From Octopus bimaculoides (taxonomy: Eukaryota), in NCBI RefSeq assembly GCF_001194135.2, contig NC_068981.1:71242434-71306433 (forward strand): a stretch of DNA of 64,000 nucleotides, in the 5' to 3' direction. This document shows, piece by piece, positions 62,278 to 64,000 of this stretch. The notes under the pieces are model-generated. The model saw only the letters and a program-made list of their open reading frames with translations. It ran no database searches and was not told the DNA's origin. The translations under genes and the position numbers were made by a program. Every line of letters begins with the position of its first letter. The first letter of the stretch is position 1.

Positions 62278-62436
62278 ATAGGCTTCTTTCAGTTTCCTTT
62301 GGCAAAAATCCATTCACAAGGCTTTAGTCGGCCCGAGAGGATAGGAGACACTCGCCCAAGGTGCCACGCAGTGGGACCGAACTCAAAACCATGTGGTTGA
62401 GAAGCAAGCTTCTTACCACACAGCCAAACTTGCACC
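62278..62436 (-). mobile_element. SINE family A, 5' half
   Basis: ggcttctttcagtttcc...cccaaggtgccacgcagtgggac...cttaccacacagcc is the reverse complement of the head. Confidence 0.85.
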
Positions 62437-62671
62437 TTACTAATTGAGAGACGAGAAAAACATGATTAACAAGGAACCCACAAATAAAACTGACCTAATC
62501 TCTCTCCTCTTTTCAATGTCCATAGTCTTAAATCTCACATAAACTTCACATCTTACCTCTTGTTGGATATGCAAACTACATATTCCTTTTCTCAAACTTC
62601 TCAACCGTATCTACGACCCATCTCTCTTTCCCAGGCCACACACTGTTGTCCAACTTCATTCAAAAGAGCAA

Positions 62672-62995
62672 GCGCATGCGTTGCTGTGTGGTAAGAGGTT
62701 TGCTACACAACCACATGAATCTGAGTTCAGTCCCACCGCGTGGCACCTTGGGCAAATGTCTTCTACTATAGCCTCGGGTCGACCAAAATTATGTGAGTGG
62801 ATTTGGTAGACAAAAAATGAATGAAGCTAGATAGATAGATAGATAGATCCGTGTGTGAGTGCGTGCGTGTGTTTCTTTGTGTCTGTGTTTCCCCCCACCA
62901 ACGCTTGACAAACGATGTTGGTGTGTTTACGTCCCCATAACTTAGTGGTCCAGCAAAAGAGAACTATAGAATAAGTACCAGTCTTAAAAAATATA
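62672..62995 (+). mobile_element. SINE family A, 3'-truncated
   Basis: gctgtgtggtaagagg...gagttcagtccc...ggcaccttgggcaaatgtcttctactatagcc...cgcttgacaaacgatg...gaataagtacc. Confidence 0.88.
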
Positions 62996-63729
62996 AAAAC
63001 TGGAACAACTAGTTTCTATATTTGCTGCCCATTTTCCATTTTCCATTTTGAACACATGCAAATTTCCCCCACAACTCTCTTTTTTTACAATATCCGACTC
63101 ACCACCATTCATACATGCACAGTATATGTGAAAACATGGCTTCTCGCATCAAACCATAGCGCAATGCACTCTCCATCACATTGAAATAATATGCTCCAGA
63201 TCCTACCTCTATCTATAGCAAACTCTTCGATCAACTATGCTAAAGGGTCTCACTCTAAGGACACCCTTGGATGACATAGCAACTACCATCCTCACGCACT
63301 CACTTTCAATTACTCAAAGATGAGGTGACTATAAACATTGAATCTCACTCTCTCTTGCATTCTCTCACTCTCTCTCTCTCTCTCCTTCTCTCTCTCTCTC
63401 TCATCCTTCCTCTTTCATTCCTAATCTTCTTAACAATCAATACAGCTTTTGTATAGCCATATTTACAGGAAATCCACTTTCCTCTGTCAAACATCAGTGG
63501 GTTCTGGTCCTCGAGAAATTTGATGAAAATAATGCACTTTCCCAGCACAACAGCAAATAACACTTTGTCTGATTGGCAAATGCTTGCCTTTTGGATCGAT
63601 GTGTTTCAGTCAGGGCACATCATTCCAACGAGCGCTGTTAGAGCTCTCTAAGAACTGGGGTTGATCTGAATGTTCCTTCCCTGAAAATTATATCCTTGTG
63701 CTTACTTTAGAAATAATTATTATTTTCAG

Positions 63730-63828
63730 GTGGTAACTTCTGCGAAAGCACATTTGATGGATACCTTTGCTGGAACCAAACAAAGGCAGGAGAACGTGTT
63801 TCCCAGCCATGTCCTCTCAACAGCACAG
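63730..63828 (+). CDS. Internal coding exon of a class B (secretin-family) GPCR, hormone-receptor (HRM) extracellular domain
   Basis: Acceptor tattattttcag| and donor |gtaaaa flank 99 nt, phase 1 to phase 1, open: (x)G-GNFCESTFDGYLCWNQTKAGERVSQPCPLNST. This matches the class B motif C-x3-(F/W)DG-x2-CW-x2-T-x2-G-x5-CP (compare calcitonin receptor CNRTWDGWLCWDDTPAG...CP). Two N-x-T sequons (NQT, NST). Subfamily (calcitonin/DH31, PDF, CRF/DH44) cannot be decided from 33 aa. Confidence 0.92.
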
Positions 63829-64000
63829 GTAAAAACGATTTTTTTTTTCATCTCTATTTTTGTTATGCTATTTTTAGTTCCATAACGATTGTTTTAACAA
63901 TGAAATGTATCAAAACGTCAAGGATGTAATTTATATCTTATTACCACGTCAGCAATACCGGAAAAAACAGAGACGAACAAATAGAATTTTTTCACTGAAT

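Overview
Eukaryotic, AT-rich, microsatellite- and transposon-dense DNA from a gapped assembly (10 N-runs). The SINE and microsatellite landscape most resembles an octopus (coleoid cephalopod) genome; this is inference from pattern recognition, not a database hit. The only well-supported host coding sequence is one 99-nt phase-1/phase-1 exon at 63730-63828 (+). It encodes the Cys-rich core of a class B (secretin-family) GPCR extracellular domain, so most of the window is probably intron or upstream DNA of that receptor. The rest is nested repeats: three tRNA-headed SINE families (my labels A, B, C), relics of RTE, R4/Dong-like, Tx1/L1, CR1-like and Penelope-like retroelements, four Tc1/mariner relics, a pogo/Tigger-like MITE, non-autonomous Helitron-type elements and several foldback elements. 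Nearly all ORFs in the supplied track are microsatellite or N-gap artefacts, or TE relics. Best leads: (i) minimal hammerhead-ribozyme motifs on the - strand, one enclosed by an 18-bp long-range duplex; (ii) a - strand candidate exon that would complete the GPCR N-terminus in phase but lies in the wrong orientation; (iii) a split, internally deleted, head-to-head RTE plus two 100%-identical RTE 3' ends 60 kb apart; (iv) a Helitron carrying structured GC-rich cargo; (v) several long hairpins that could be dsRNA/ADAR substrates. I see no evidence for a new multi-gene system. Family labels are mine and TE boundaries are approximate unless a TSD or TIR is quoted.
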